NCBI GenBank assembly: GCA_965230975.1
Contig: OZ246402.1
Span: 711,228 to 775,227, forward strand
DNA from: an uncultured Candidatus Saccharibacteria bacterium
GTDB lineage: Bacteria > Patescibacteriota > Dojkabacteria > J137
Direction: 5' to 3'
Length of the DNA stretch: 64,000 nt
A model generated the notes under the pieces. That model ran no database searches, was not told the origin of the DNA, and worked only from the letters and a program-made list of their open reading frames with translations. How positions within the stretch are numbered: the stretch's first letter is position 1; each line of letters starts with the position of its first letter. The translations under genes were made by a program, and so were the position numbers. This document shows positions 39,337-48,555 of the stretch, one piece after another.

Positions 39337-40350
39337 ATGTCTAACGAAAAGCAGGTAAACAAAGTCACATCACATTTAACTGAAGATGAAAAGCAACAGC
39401 TATATAAAAATGCACGGGCAAAAGATTGGTATGGTGGTATTTGGCAGAATGTTGGCAAATGTGTTTTTTGCGATCTAAAAGATAAATACATTCTTCACGA
39501 AGAAAACGGTGTTGTTTTGACAATAAACCTTTACCCTTACATTGATGGACAGATGATGGTTATCCCAAGAAAGCATGTTTCCTCGCCAAAAGAGTTAACA
39601 GATTTAGAATGGGAAACGATGCGTAAGTTATCTTACCTTGGTAAAAAGTTAATTAAAAAAGTTCATGGTCATAAAGCGATGTGGAACTTAATAAGAGAAG
39701 GGGGAGAAGCAGGTCAAATGACTGTAAGTGACCATTTGCATATGCAATTAATTCCTTTTGATGCAAAAGATTTATGTAACTGGAATTTCAGAGAATTGAA
39801 ATATACTCCCTTAGAGAATGTTCAAATGTATAAAGACCAAGCAAAGGAATTTATTGAAGATAAATATAAATTTGAAAAAAAATATGGTGCAAGTGTTAGT
39901 TTGCCAGTAGTTTGTGATGTAATAATCCAAAATAAAGAGGGTAAGTTCTTATTTCAAGAAAGAAAGCCAGAATATAAATTTCATCCAGATTATTTGACCT
40001 TACCAGGTGGTCATGTAAATGATTTTACTAAACCTTTTGAAGAAAACTTAAAGCGAGAAGTTTTTGAAGAGACTGGTTTGAAAATCAAAGAGACGGACTT
40101 AAAACTTCTCGCGTCCAGAGTGTCCAGTTTAAACTATGTCTCTAAGTCTATTCATTTGAATAAGAAAATTGCTACCTATAAACAATTTGTTTGGAACACA
40201 TACTTACTTAACTATTCTGTTGATGAGACTAAACTAATACCCGGTGATGATTGCGAAAGCTTTGTATGGTTGAGTTTAGATGATATTAGAAACAATAAAA
40301 GAGTTTCTGAAGCTTTACAGACAACATTTATTCAACATTTTTCAAAATGA
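39337..40350 (+). CDS. HIT(HINT-like)-NUDIX fusion protein
   Basis: N-terminal half: CVFCDL ... GQMTVSDHLHMQLIP, i.e. the HIT histidine triad. C-terminal half: NUDIX box LPGGHVNDFTKPFEENLKREVFEETGL. Confidence 0.6.
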   Translation: MSNEKQVNKVTSHLTEDEKQQLYKNARAKDWYGGIWQNVGKCVFCDLKDKYILHEENGVVLTINLYPYIDGQMMVIPRKHVSSPKELTDLEWETMRKLSYLGKKLIKKVHGHKAMWNLIREGGEAGQMTVSDHLHMQLIPFDAKDLCNWNFRELKYTPLENVQMYKDQAKEFIEDKYKFEKKYGASVSLPVVCDVIIQNKEGKFLFQERKPEYKFHPDYLTLPGGHVNDFTKPFEENLKREVFEETGLKIKETDLKLLASRVSSLNYVSKSIHLNKKIATYKQFVWNTYLLNYSVDETKLIPGDDCESFVWLSLDDIRNNKRVSEALQTTFIQHFSK

Positions 40351-41282
40351 AAAGTTACGATTGGAATAAAATTTCAAATGAGAAAAAGGAGGAATTATCA
40401 AAGTTAAAACCTATATTTATACAAGGTTCTAGAGATATATCTACCAAAAAGATAGCACAGCTAGCAAAGTTAGCTGAAAAGAGAAAATTAATTTGGGGTG
40501 TTTTAAAAGATGAATACATTAATGGTTTGGAAGGAAGTATTCAGTTTAAAACCCTATCTAAGAAAGTTATAGAAGAAACTTTAGAAGAGAGTAAAAATGT
40601 CTATTTACTAGAATATTATCAAAGAGATTTAAAACACATTTTTAAAGAGTTAGATTTTTCCTTAGTTATATTGATTAATGGATCTTGGCATAAAGCAATT
40701 CATTTCAACCCAGAAATTTGGCAATTAATTAACAAGAAAACAGAATATAAATTAATAAGCCCATTTGTAAACGAATTAGAAGCAAAAGAGTATGCAGAAA
40801 AGATAGTCCTAGAGTATTCAGCTAGAACGATTTTTGAAGAAAATAAAATCTACACAGATAAAGAGATTTTTGAAATTTTGAAAGAGGAGTCTAAAAGATC
40901 ATTTGATTGGAACTATCAAATTGCCAGTGCACTTGTTAACGATGGAAAAGTATTACTAACTGCTCATAATACAGTGATACCATACGAGACATACAGTGCA
41001 CATTTTGGATCAGAACGTGAGAAATACTATGTAGCACCAGGCGATTCAAATTTTTACGATACAAATCACGCAGAGGTCGAATTAATCTTAAAATCAAACA
41101 AAGAAAAAATTGATTTATTAGGTACATCAATTTACTTGAATGTTTTACCATGCCCAACTTGTTCTCGTATGCTTTTAAGGAGTGGTATACAAGAGATAGT
41201 ATATTCTCAAGATCATTCTGATGGTTATGCTATAAAAATGTTTGAAATGGCAGGTAAAACTGTCCGCAGATTTATTCCTTAA
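40347..41282 (+). CDS. dCMP/cytidine deaminase-fold protein with ~170-aa N-terminal extension
   Basis: C-terminal zinc motifs HAEVELI and LPCPTCSRML. The N-terminal domain is unassigned. Confidence 0.6.
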   Translation: MKSYDWNKISNEKKEELSKLKPIFIQGSRDISTKKIAQLAKLAEKRKLIWGVLKDEYINGLEGSIQFKTLSKKVIEETLEESKNVYLLEYYQRDLKHIFKELDFSLVILINGSWHKAIHFNPEIWQLINKKTEYKLISPFVNELEAKEYAEKIVLEYSARTIFEENKIYTDKEIFEILKEESKRSFDWNYQIASALVNDGKVLLTAHNTVIPYETYSAHFGSEREKYYVAPGDSNFYDTNHAEVELILKSNKEKIDLLGTSIYLNVLPCPTCSRMLLRSGIQEIVYSQDHSDGYAIKMFEMAGKTVRRFIP

Positions 41283-41322
41283 ACTATAAAAATTTTAGAA
41301 CTTTAACTATTAACTACAAAAT

Positions 41323-42186
41323 ATGACACATCCAGAACTTCAATATTTAAAGTTAATGTATTCTATCTTAAAGGATGGAAAGGGTAAGAAAACAAGAGGT
41401 ATTCATGGTGTTAGATCTATGTTTGGGTATCAAATGAAGTTTGATTTAAGACATGGATTCCCCTTACTAACAACCAAAAAGATGCCTTTTAAAATGCTAG
41501 TGAATGAGTTGCTTTGGTTTATTTCTGGAGATACTAATATTAAAAAATTAAATGAAAACAAGATATTTTATTGGGACGGTTTTGCAGATGAAAATGGTGA
41601 TTTAGGTCCAGTTTATGGTTCTCAATGGAGAAAGTGGCCAACTTTTGTAGATTCTAGAACAGGTAAAAGTGCAAATGCGCAAACGCCTAAAGAATTTTTA
41701 CAATACAAAGAGATAGATCAACTTCAAAATATTATTGAAGAGATTAAAACAATGCCTAATTCTAAAGCTATGATAGTCACAGCACACAATCCAGCTCAGT
41801 TATCAGAAATGCGTTTGCCACCATGCCATGCTTTCTTTCAATTTAATGTTACAAAAGAGAAGTTAAAGTTGCAGTTGTATCAAAGAAGTTCAGATGTATT
41901 TTTAGGTTTACCATTTAATATTGCTCAGTATGCTTTATTGTTGATGATGGTTGGGCAGGTTACTGGTTACGAGGCCAGAGAGCTTGTTGTGACTATTGGA
42001 GATGGTCATATTTATTATAACCATTTTGATGCAGCAAAAGAGCAGTTAAAAAGAAAGCCATTTGCTTTCCCTAAGGTCAAATTAAATCCAGATGTTAAAA
42101 ATATTGATGATTTTAAGCTAGAAGACTTTACTTTAGAGAATTATGAGTCTCACGAGGCTATTAAAGCTCCGTTAGTTATTATTTAA
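41323..42186 (+). CDS. thyA: Thymidylate synthase (ThyA type)
   Basis: Canonical ThyA motifs: N-terminal LVNELLWFISGDTN, and LPPCHAFFQFNV carrying the catalytic Cys. Confidence 0.85.
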   Translation: MTHPELQYLKLMYSILKDGKGKKTRGIHGVRSMFGYQMKFDLRHGFPLLTTKKMPFKMLVNELLWFISGDTNIKKLNENKIFYWDGFADENGDLGPVYGSQWRKWPTFVDSRTGKSANAQTPKEFLQYKEIDQLQNIIEEIKTMPNSKAMIVTAHNPAQLSEMRLPPCHAFFQFNVTKEKLKLQLYQRSSDVFLGLPFNIAQYALLLMMVGQVTGYEARELVVTIGDGHIYYNHFDAAKEQLKRKPFAFPKVKLNPDVKNIDDFKLEDFTLENYESHEAIKAPLVII

Positions 42187-43303
42187 CTAAGGATTTATAA
42201 ACTTCTAAATGTTCTTTGCACATTCTCTCAATTGAGAATCTTTGCTCAAATACTTTCCTACAGCTTTCTCTATTTATTGAGACTATGTTTTTTATCGCTT
42301 TAACTAAAGTATCAACAGCATCTATATCATTTTCAACTAATAATCCAGTTTTACCTTCATCTATTACCTCAGGAATTGCACCAGCTTTAATTCCAATAAC
42401 TGGAGTACCACAAGCTAAAGCTTCAATCATAACCATTCCAAAAGGTTCCTCCCATGTTGAAGGCACAATAAGTGCTTTGGCATTACCTAAAAATTCTTGC
42501 TTTTCAGAATTCTCTTTAAGGTAACCGACATACTTAATTTGCTTACCGTCAACGAATGGTTCAATCTTTTCAGACCAATACTTATCTTTAGCATAATCAG
42601 AATAATGTTTACCAGCAATTCTAAGTTCAACTCCAGCTTTTATTGCTGCATCTATAGCTAAATGAACACCCTTGGGTTCTATAATTCTGCCAAAATATGC
42701 AAAATAATCTTTTGAAGGGTTTTTTAAAGGGACAAATTTATTAACATCCATTCCATGGTAAATAGTCCGTAGGAAATTTGTCCCGGTTGGCATGCTTTTT
42801 CTTTGAGAACTTGAAATTGAAATCCAGTTTAAGTGCTTATATTTAGGCATAATGCTCCTGTATTTTGCGGAGAAATTGAAAGGTTCGTGGTGTGTAAAAA
42901 CTAGAGGTTTTTTGCAAAAATCAGCAAAAACCAAAGCTAACTCTTCCTCGTTAGTATAAACATGAACAATGTCAAATTCATTATTATTTGCTCTTTGAAA
43001 AGCGTCTTTAATAATCTCTGATTGAACTTGTCTTGCCATATTAATAAATACTAGTGGGTGTTTTTTTAAGAGTTCTATGTAAGAATCTTTTCTGAATTCA
43101 AGTTCTTTTTCAAACAAAGATAAATCTGCACTAATATTTTTTACCGAAGTATTTACCTTTCCTGGCGTAAAAAGAGTAACAACATGACCAAGTTTTTGAA
43201 GTCCCTCAGCTAAATCTAATGCTAAATATCCCGGGGAGAAAATAACATCAGGTAGTATCTCCTGATTCATGAATATATGAGGAACAACAATTGCTATTTT
43301 CAT
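42179..43303 (-). CDS. Glycosyltransferase family 4 (GT-B)
   Basis: EPFGMVMIEALACGTPVI...G motif. Confidence 0.8.
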   Translation of the reverse strand: MKIAIVVPHIFMNQEILPDVIFSPGYLALDLAEGLQKLGHVVTLFTPGKVNTSVKNISADLSLFEKELEFRKDSYIELLKKHPLVFINMARQVQSEIIKDAFQRANNNEFDIVHVYTNEEELALVFADFCKKPLVFTHHEPFNFSAKYRSIMPKYKHLNWISISSSQRKSMPTGTNFLRTIYHGMDVNKFVPLKNPSKDYFAYFGRIIEPKGVHLAIDAAIKAGVELRIAGKHYSDYAKDKYWSEKIEPFVDGKQIKYVGYLKENSEKQEFLGNAKALIVPSTWEEPFGMVMIEALACGTPVIGIKAGAIPEVIDEGKTGLLVENDIDAVDTLVKAIKNIVSINRESCRKVFEQRFSIERMCKEHLEVYKSLVK

Positions 43304-43332
43304 TAGTAAATTGAGAGTTTTAACAAAGAGAA

Positions 43333-43521
43333 TTACTCCTCTTTATCTTCTTCGTCATCCAAAAAGCTTAAGTCTAAATCATCCATGCTTGTATCTAAAT
43401 CTTCGTCAAAATATCCATCTGCTTCATTTTCAGACTCATCCTGTTTATCAAGATTAAGCATTGGATCATCTAATAATTCATCATCTTTCTTTACTGGGTT
43501 TGTGTTTGCTGTATTGCTCAT
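43333..43521 (-). CDS. Small highly acidic hypothetical protein (62 aa)
   Basis: D/E-rich with no hydrophobic core. Co-oriented with the GT4 gene immediately upstream of it. Coding status uncertain. Confidence 0.3.
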   Translation of the reverse strand: MSNTANTNPVKKDDELLDDPMLNLDKQDESENEADGYFDEDLDTSMDDLDLSFLDDEEDKEE

Positions 43522-43578
43522 AAATAGAAAAATAATTAGTGTATAATAATTTGATTTCTAAATATTACCACTAAAAAT

Positions 43579-44115
43579 ATGATTAGCATAATTGTTGCCA
43601 TGGCAAAAAATAGAGTTATTGGGAATAAAAATCAGATCCCTTGGCACATTTCAGAAGATTTAACTCACTTTAATAATGTAACTAGTGGTCACCCTGTAAT
43701 TATGGGTGTTAAGACTCACGAATCAATTTCTGGTTTTGAACCTGGCAAAGGTTGGGACCCTACAAAGCCATTAGTGCATAAATTGCTTCCAAGAAGAACT
43801 AATATTATTGTTAACGATCAAGGTAATTATGAGGTACCTGGTGGAATTGTTGTAACAAATTTAGATGATGCTATTAAGGCTGCTAAAGAATCTGAGGGTG
43901 GTGATGAGATGTTTATTATTGGTGGTGCAATGATGTACGAATCTACAATTGGAATGGCAGATAAGCTTTATATTACAATGATTGATGCAGAGGTTGAAGG
44001 TGATAGATACTTTCCAGAAATCCCAGCAGAATTTAAATTGGTAGAAGATAAGAAAAGAATATGTAGGTTAAATGATGTTGAGATTAGATATAGTTTTCAA
44101 GTTTATCAAAAATAA
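43579..44115 (+). CDS. folA: Dihydrofolate reductase
   Basis: MISIIVAMAKNRVIGNKNQIPW...FIIGGA matches DHFR. Confidence 0.85.
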   Translation: MISIIVAMAKNRVIGNKNQIPWHISEDLTHFNNVTSGHPVIMGVKTHESISGFEPGKGWDPTKPLVHKLLPRRTNIIVNDQGNYEVPGGIVVTNLDDAIKAAKESEGGDEMFIIGGAMMYESTIGMADKLYITMIDAEVEGDRYFPEIPAEFKLVEDKKRICRLNDVEIRYSFQVYQK

Positions 44116-44562
44116 ATGCTGTCTGAACAATCTTTAAAACAATTAATTGCAGATAAGCAACTATTGATAGAAGGATCTAGTGACATTTTAAAAGGAAATG
44201 CAATAAAACTTCATTTAGGAGCTATATGCAAAAGATTAACTTCTGAAATAGTCGATATAAAATCTTTAGAGGATGCTGAGTACGAAGAGGTAGATATATC
44301 TTCGGGATACGATTTGAAACCGAATGAATTTCTATTAGCTTACACATTGGAGAAAGTAACAATGCCAAAAGGTTATATGGGTTGGATTGAAACTCGTGGT
44401 AGCTTAGCAAATATTGGCTTTCAAGTTCATTTTTGTGATGCTCATATAGACCCTGAATCCTCTTTGCATATTGCTTTGCAAATAAAAAACAACTCAAATT
44501 CAATAATAAGAATTTCCCTGAAGGAATACATTGCAAAGATGTATGTAGAAAGATTAGTGTAA
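44116..44562 (+). CDS. dCTP deaminase/dUTPase-family protein (short Dcd-like)
   Basis: IKLHLG and YMGWIETRGSLANIGFQVH...AHIDP parallel Dcd VDLRLG ... GWLDGRSSLARLGLMVH...HRIDPG. Confidence 0.6.
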   Translation: MLSEQSLKQLIADKQLLIEGSSDILKGNAIKLHLGAICKRLTSEIVDIKSLEDAEYEEVDISSGYDLKPNEFLLAYTLEKVTMPKGYMGWIETRGSLANIGFQVHFCDAHIDPESSLHIALQIKNNSNSIIRISLKEYIAKMYVERLV

Positions 44563-44592
44563 CCTCAAATCTTACAGTTTCAAAAAAAGTTA

Positions 44593-44623
44593 TTGACCAT
44601 TGTAGCTTTAATGAGGTATAAAT
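44593..44623 (+). promoter_or_regulatory. Sigma70-like promoter (TTGACC, 18 nt, TATAAAT)
   Basis: Near-consensus -35/-10 elements in a 150-bp gap that is otherwise non-coding. Confidence 0.45.
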
Positions 44624-44629
44624 ATAGTA

Positions 44630-44714
44630 ATGTTAGTGGGTGAAAGTCCCTTCTCCAGTATAGAATAAAATCGAAACCGGGAACTAACATTTTAAAGCAC
44701 CTATTCGGTGCTTT
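44630..44714 (+). ncRNA. Candidate small RNA (~85 nt) ending in an intrinsic terminator
   Basis: Sits between the promoter and terminator AAAGCACC-tattc-GGTGCTTT+TTTATTT. Internal helices: GTTAGT...ACTAAC, plus CCC pairing with either of two GGG runs. Confidence 0.35.
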
Positions 44715-45096
44715 ATTTATCCTTTAACATAACACTTAAGAAAGTATATTTATAGTTTTCAATTCGTTCAATAACTATCCTTATAGTATGCTTGTTATCT
44801 ATTATATATATTAAAGAGTAGTGCTTAACTTTGTGTGAGTGTTTAGATAATTTATACTCTATTATTCTAATTTGCTCAATCTCTTTGCTGTCATTTATTG
44901 CCTTTACTACATATTTTAGAAGTGAGAGTTTTAATATCTGTTCATTAATGCTCCTATCCTTTCTATTAGAATCATAAATCAAATGATTAAACCCTTTAGA
45001 AGTAAAATAAACCCATCTCTTTAAAGCAGGAGAATAAACTCTTCCTATTTTTTTATAAAATTTACGGTATTCTTTTCTCTCGTAATACAAATTCAT
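44713..45096 (-). CDS. Hypothetical Lys-rich protein
   Basis: 127-aa ORF, divergent from the recombinase gene. Confidence 0.35.
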   Translation of the reverse strand: MNLYYERKEYRKFYKKIGRVYSPALKRWVYFTSKGFNHLIYDSNRKDRSINEQILKLSLLKYVVKAINDSKEIEQIRIIEYKLSKHSHKVKHYSLIYIIDNKHTIRIVIERIENYKYTFLSVMLKDK

Positions 45097-45162
45097 GAAG
45101 ACATTTTCTCACTCTAATCTTACAAAAACCTTACAACTACAATTTTGTGATATATTAGATGT

Positions 45163-46380
45163 ATGGATATAGAATCTGATGTAATAACTCAAACCAGCTC
45201 TAAAAAACTCAACCCGTACTCCTTACCATATCTAAGAGAGTACCTTTCTAACCTGAAAAATAATAACTATTCCCGAGAGACACTAGAAAACTACGCACGA
45301 GATTTAGAAATATTTAGCGCATTTTTGTATTATTTAGAGGTCCCATTTGAAAAGATAGAAAAGCTAACTATCAGTGAATTTAAAGGTTTTTTAAGAGAAC
45401 AAAACTATATACCAATACTGCATAAATACCAAGCAGGATATGAACTTACAGAAGCAGATGTAGCTAAAAGCAAAACAGATGTATCTGAAGTAAAAAAAGC
45501 TATGTATAGAGGACAACTATCGGATGCAAGTGTAAATAGAATGCTTTCTGCATTACGTTCTTACCTAACATTTTTAGTAGATAATGATAAACCAATTCCA
45601 ATACCTCCAACTGCTATTAAAATGATCAAGGCAGAAAAGAAAGAAAAGCAGGTTGCAGAACTAAATGAACTTATTCAACTTATTGAATGCCCATTAGAAT
45701 ACGAAGATGAAATTATTGTTCAAAAAAGAAATAGAGCGATTTTAGAACTTATATTTTCAACAGGAATGAGAATTTCTGAAGTAGTAAATCTTAATCGCGA
45801 CCAAATTAAAATGATTAATGGCAGAATATCTGACGATAGAATTTATATAGTAGGTAAAGGAAAAAAACAAAGGTTTGTTTATTTAACACCTAGGGCAATA
45901 GAAAGACTTCAAGAATATTTAGATGATAGAGTCGATGATTACCCAGCTATGTTTATCCCAACTAGAGGAACTAGAAAAGCAACTGAAAACCCTTATATTG
46001 TAAGACTTTCTCAAAACTATATTCAAATGAAAATCGCCTACTACCGAAGAAAACTGGGGATAATTGTCCCAACATCTGCACATAGTTTGCGTCACGGGTT
46101 TGCAACATATATTGCAGAAGAAGGTGCAAACCCTGCAGCAATTCAAAAATTATTGGGGCACTCTTCATTGCAAACTACATCTAAATACGTACATGCGTCT
46201 GATAAATTTGCAGAAAAGGCTCATAGAGATTTTCACCCACTGCAAACAGATGAAGATGACCAAAAAATCCAAGATGATAAAGTTAACAATGTAGAACCTG
46301 AAGCCGAAAATCAACATGAGTCTAAAAATCAAACTGACTTTGAGCCTTCAATTGAAAGTTTAGATACTTTTGCAAGCTAA
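45163..46380 (+). CDS. Tyrosine site-specific recombinase (XerC/XerD-like) with acidic C-terminal extension
   Basis: N-terminal SAM-like core-binding domain. Catalytic R...HxxR...Y: LRHGFATY...LLGHSSLQTTSKYVH. About 70 extra C-terminal residues, D/E-rich. Confidence 0.8.
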   Translation: MDIESDVITQTSSKKLNPYSLPYLREYLSNLKNNNYSRETLENYARDLEIFSAFLYYLEVPFEKIEKLTISEFKGFLREQNYIPILHKYQAGYELTEADVAKSKTDVSEVKKAMYRGQLSDASVNRMLSALRSYLTFLVDNDKPIPIPPTAIKMIKAEKKEKQVAELNELIQLIECPLEYEDEIIVQKRNRAILELIFSTGMRISEVVNLNRDQIKMINGRISDDRIYIVGKGKKQRFVYLTPRAIERLQEYLDDRVDDYPAMFIPTRGTRKATENPYIVRLSQNYIQMKIAYYRRKLGIIVPTSAHSLRHGFATYIAEEGANPAAIQKLLGHSSLQTTSKYVHASDKFAEKAHRDFHPLQTDEDDQKIQDDKVNNVEPEAENQHESKNQTDFEPSIESLDTFAS

Positions 46381-46480
46381 GATTAAGTGTTGCAATACAT
46401 AATAAGTGAAATCTAAGTGAAATTTTTGACAGAATAAAATTACCGGATTTACAATAAACTGTATTTATTAAAATTAACAT

Positions 46481-47647
46481 ATGAGAAATCTTATATTTGC
46501 TATTGGTGGTGTATTTATAATAATTTTCTCTTGTTTTGCCGGTATTTTTGGTGGGGTAATAGGGGCTAGATTTTCCGGTGTATCATCTTTGGGAGATTTT
46601 GCAAATACAATAACTCAAGAAGTTAAAGTAACCGATGAGCAATCTGCAATTATAGATGTTGCTAATAAGTCTACTCCATCTGTAGTAAGTATTGTTGTTT
46701 CAAAGGATGTGTCTAAATACTACAATAACAGGTATTTTAATGATTTCTGGCTAGACCAAGAATCTAATAATTCGCAATTGCAAGAAGTAGGAGCTGGTTC
46801 TGGTTTTGTTATAGATTCAAACGGATTGATAATAACTAATAGGCACGTTGTTTCAGATGAAGATGCCTCATATACAGTAGTTTTTAACGACGGGAAACAG
46901 GTTGAGGCAAAGGTTTTAGCAAGAGACACAATACTTGATATAGCATTTTTAAAAGTAGAAGGGGTTGAAAATTTAACTGCATTATCTTTAGGCAGTTCTT
47001 CAGAGCTAAAGGTCGGGCAAACTGTAATTGCAATTGGAAATGCGTTGGGTGAATTTAGTAATACAGTAAGTAGCGGAATTATATCTGGCTTAAGTAGAGA
47101 TATTGTTGCATCTGATTCGCAAGGTGCAAACGAAGAATCAATTGAAAATGTTATTCAAACAGATGCGAGTATTAATCCTGGAAACTCCGGTGGACCTTTA
47201 CTTGACATTAATGGGAATGTAATTGGGGTTAATGTTGCTGTTGCAAGTGCAGAAAATATAGGTTTTGCAATTCCAATAGATATTGTTAAAGACCTTATTT
47301 CTAAACTTAATGCTAAAGGAGAAATTGAGAGACCTGCTTTAGGGGTAAGATATGTTTTAGTAGATGAATCTGTACAAAAAGAAAAGTCACTAAGTGTAGA
47401 TTATGGTGCGTTAATAGTTAAGGGCAATTTATCAACAGAAACTGCAATCGTACCTAATAGCCCAGCAGACAAAGCTGGTTTAAAAGAGGGAGATGTGATT
47501 TTAGAAGTTAATAATCAAAAAATTGATTCTGAAAATACACTAGTTAGTATTATTCAAAAATATAAAGTTGGAGATACTGTAAATGTTAAAGTTTTAAGTG
47601 GTGAAACCGAAAAGACTCTAACCATTAAATTAGAAAAGAGTATCTAA
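46481..47647 (+). CDS. htrA: HtrA/DegP-family serine protease with PDZ domain
   Basis: Catalytic-triad motifs HVV, D, and GNSGGPL. A C-terminal PDZ is present. Confidence 0.85.
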   Translation: MRNLIFAIGGVFIIIFSCFAGIFGGVIGARFSGVSSLGDFANTITQEVKVTDEQSAIIDVANKSTPSVVSIVVSKDVSKYYNNRYFNDFWLDQESNNSQLQEVGAGSGFVIDSNGLIITNRHVVSDEDASYTVVFNDGKQVEAKVLARDTILDIAFLKVEGVENLTALSLGSSSELKVGQTVIAIGNALGEFSNTVSSGIISGLSRDIVASDSQGANEESIENVIQTDASINPGNSGGPLLDINGNVIGVNVAVASAENIGFAIPIDIVKDLISKLNAKGEIERPALGVRYVLVDESVQKEKSLSVDYGALIVKGNLSTETAIVPNSPADKAGLKEGDVILEVNNQKIDSENTLVSIIQKYKVGDTVNVKVLSGETEKTLTIKLEKSI

Positions 47648-47718
47648 TATAAATACCCTAAAAACTTGCATTTTATGAGATAATTACCCCGTATTTTAGC
47701 GGGGTAATTTAAAACTAT

Positions 47719-48555
47719 ATGGCAATAGATGGTAAAAATATATCTTTACAAATTTATAAAGACATACAATCAAAACATTTATCTAATTTAAAATTAGCTA
47801 TTATTTTAGCTAATGATGATGAATCTTCAAAAAAATATACTGATCTTAAGAAATCATATGGTGAAAAATTAGGAATTTCTGTAGAAATATTTAGATTTGA
47901 TAAAAATTCCACCAAAGATAAAATTATTAATTTAATCTCACAATTAAATGCAGATGACTCCTTTAATGGAATAGTTGTGCAATTACCACTTTTTAAACAT
48001 CTTGAAGATGACACATTTGAAATATTAAATAATATAGACTATAGAAAGGATGCAGATGGTTTAACTACAACATCATTAGCAAGTGCATTTAATTACAATG
48101 AAAACTCTATAATGCCTGCTGCAGTGGAGGCTGTTTTAATAGCCTTGTCGCAAGCAAAAGATCCAAATGATTTGAACGGGCAGAGTATTTTAATAATAAA
48201 TAACAGCAATCTAGTTGGAAACCCATTGGCAATCGTATTGTCAAGATTTAATGCTACAGTAACAATCGCTAACGAGTTTACAAAGAACCTAAAAGATCTT
48301 ACATTGAATTCAGATATAATAGTTTCTGCTACTGGAGTTACGAATATTATCGAAGCTAAAGATATTAAAATGGGAGCTATTTTAATAGATGTAACAAGCG
48401 TTTCTTTAAATGGAATGGTTTTGGGAGATTTTGTTTATGATCAAGATCTAATTAATAAATGCAGTGCCTATACAAAGGTTCCAGGAGGAATTGGCCCAAT
48501 TACAGTAGCATCTTTGTTTAAGAACTTAGTAAGGTTAAAGGAAATATATGGATAA
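47719..48555 (+). CDS. folD: Bifunctional methylenetetrahydrofolate dehydrogenase/cyclohydrolase
   Basis: GIVVQLPL, the Rossmann region VGNPLAIVL, and C-terminal VPGGIGPITVASL. Confidence 0.8.
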   Translation: MAIDGKNISLQIYKDIQSKHLSNLKLAIILANDDESSKKYTDLKKSYGEKLGISVEIFRFDKNSTKDKIINLISQLNADDSFNGIVVQLPLFKHLEDDTFEILNNIDYRKDADGLTTTSLASAFNYNENSIMPAAVEAVLIALSQAKDPNDLNGQSILIINNSNLVGNPLAIVLSRFNATVTIANEFTKNLKDLTLNSDIIVSATGVTNIIEAKDIKMGAILIDVTSVSLNGMVLGDFVYDQDLINKCSAYTKVPGGIGPITVASLFKNLVRLKEIYG

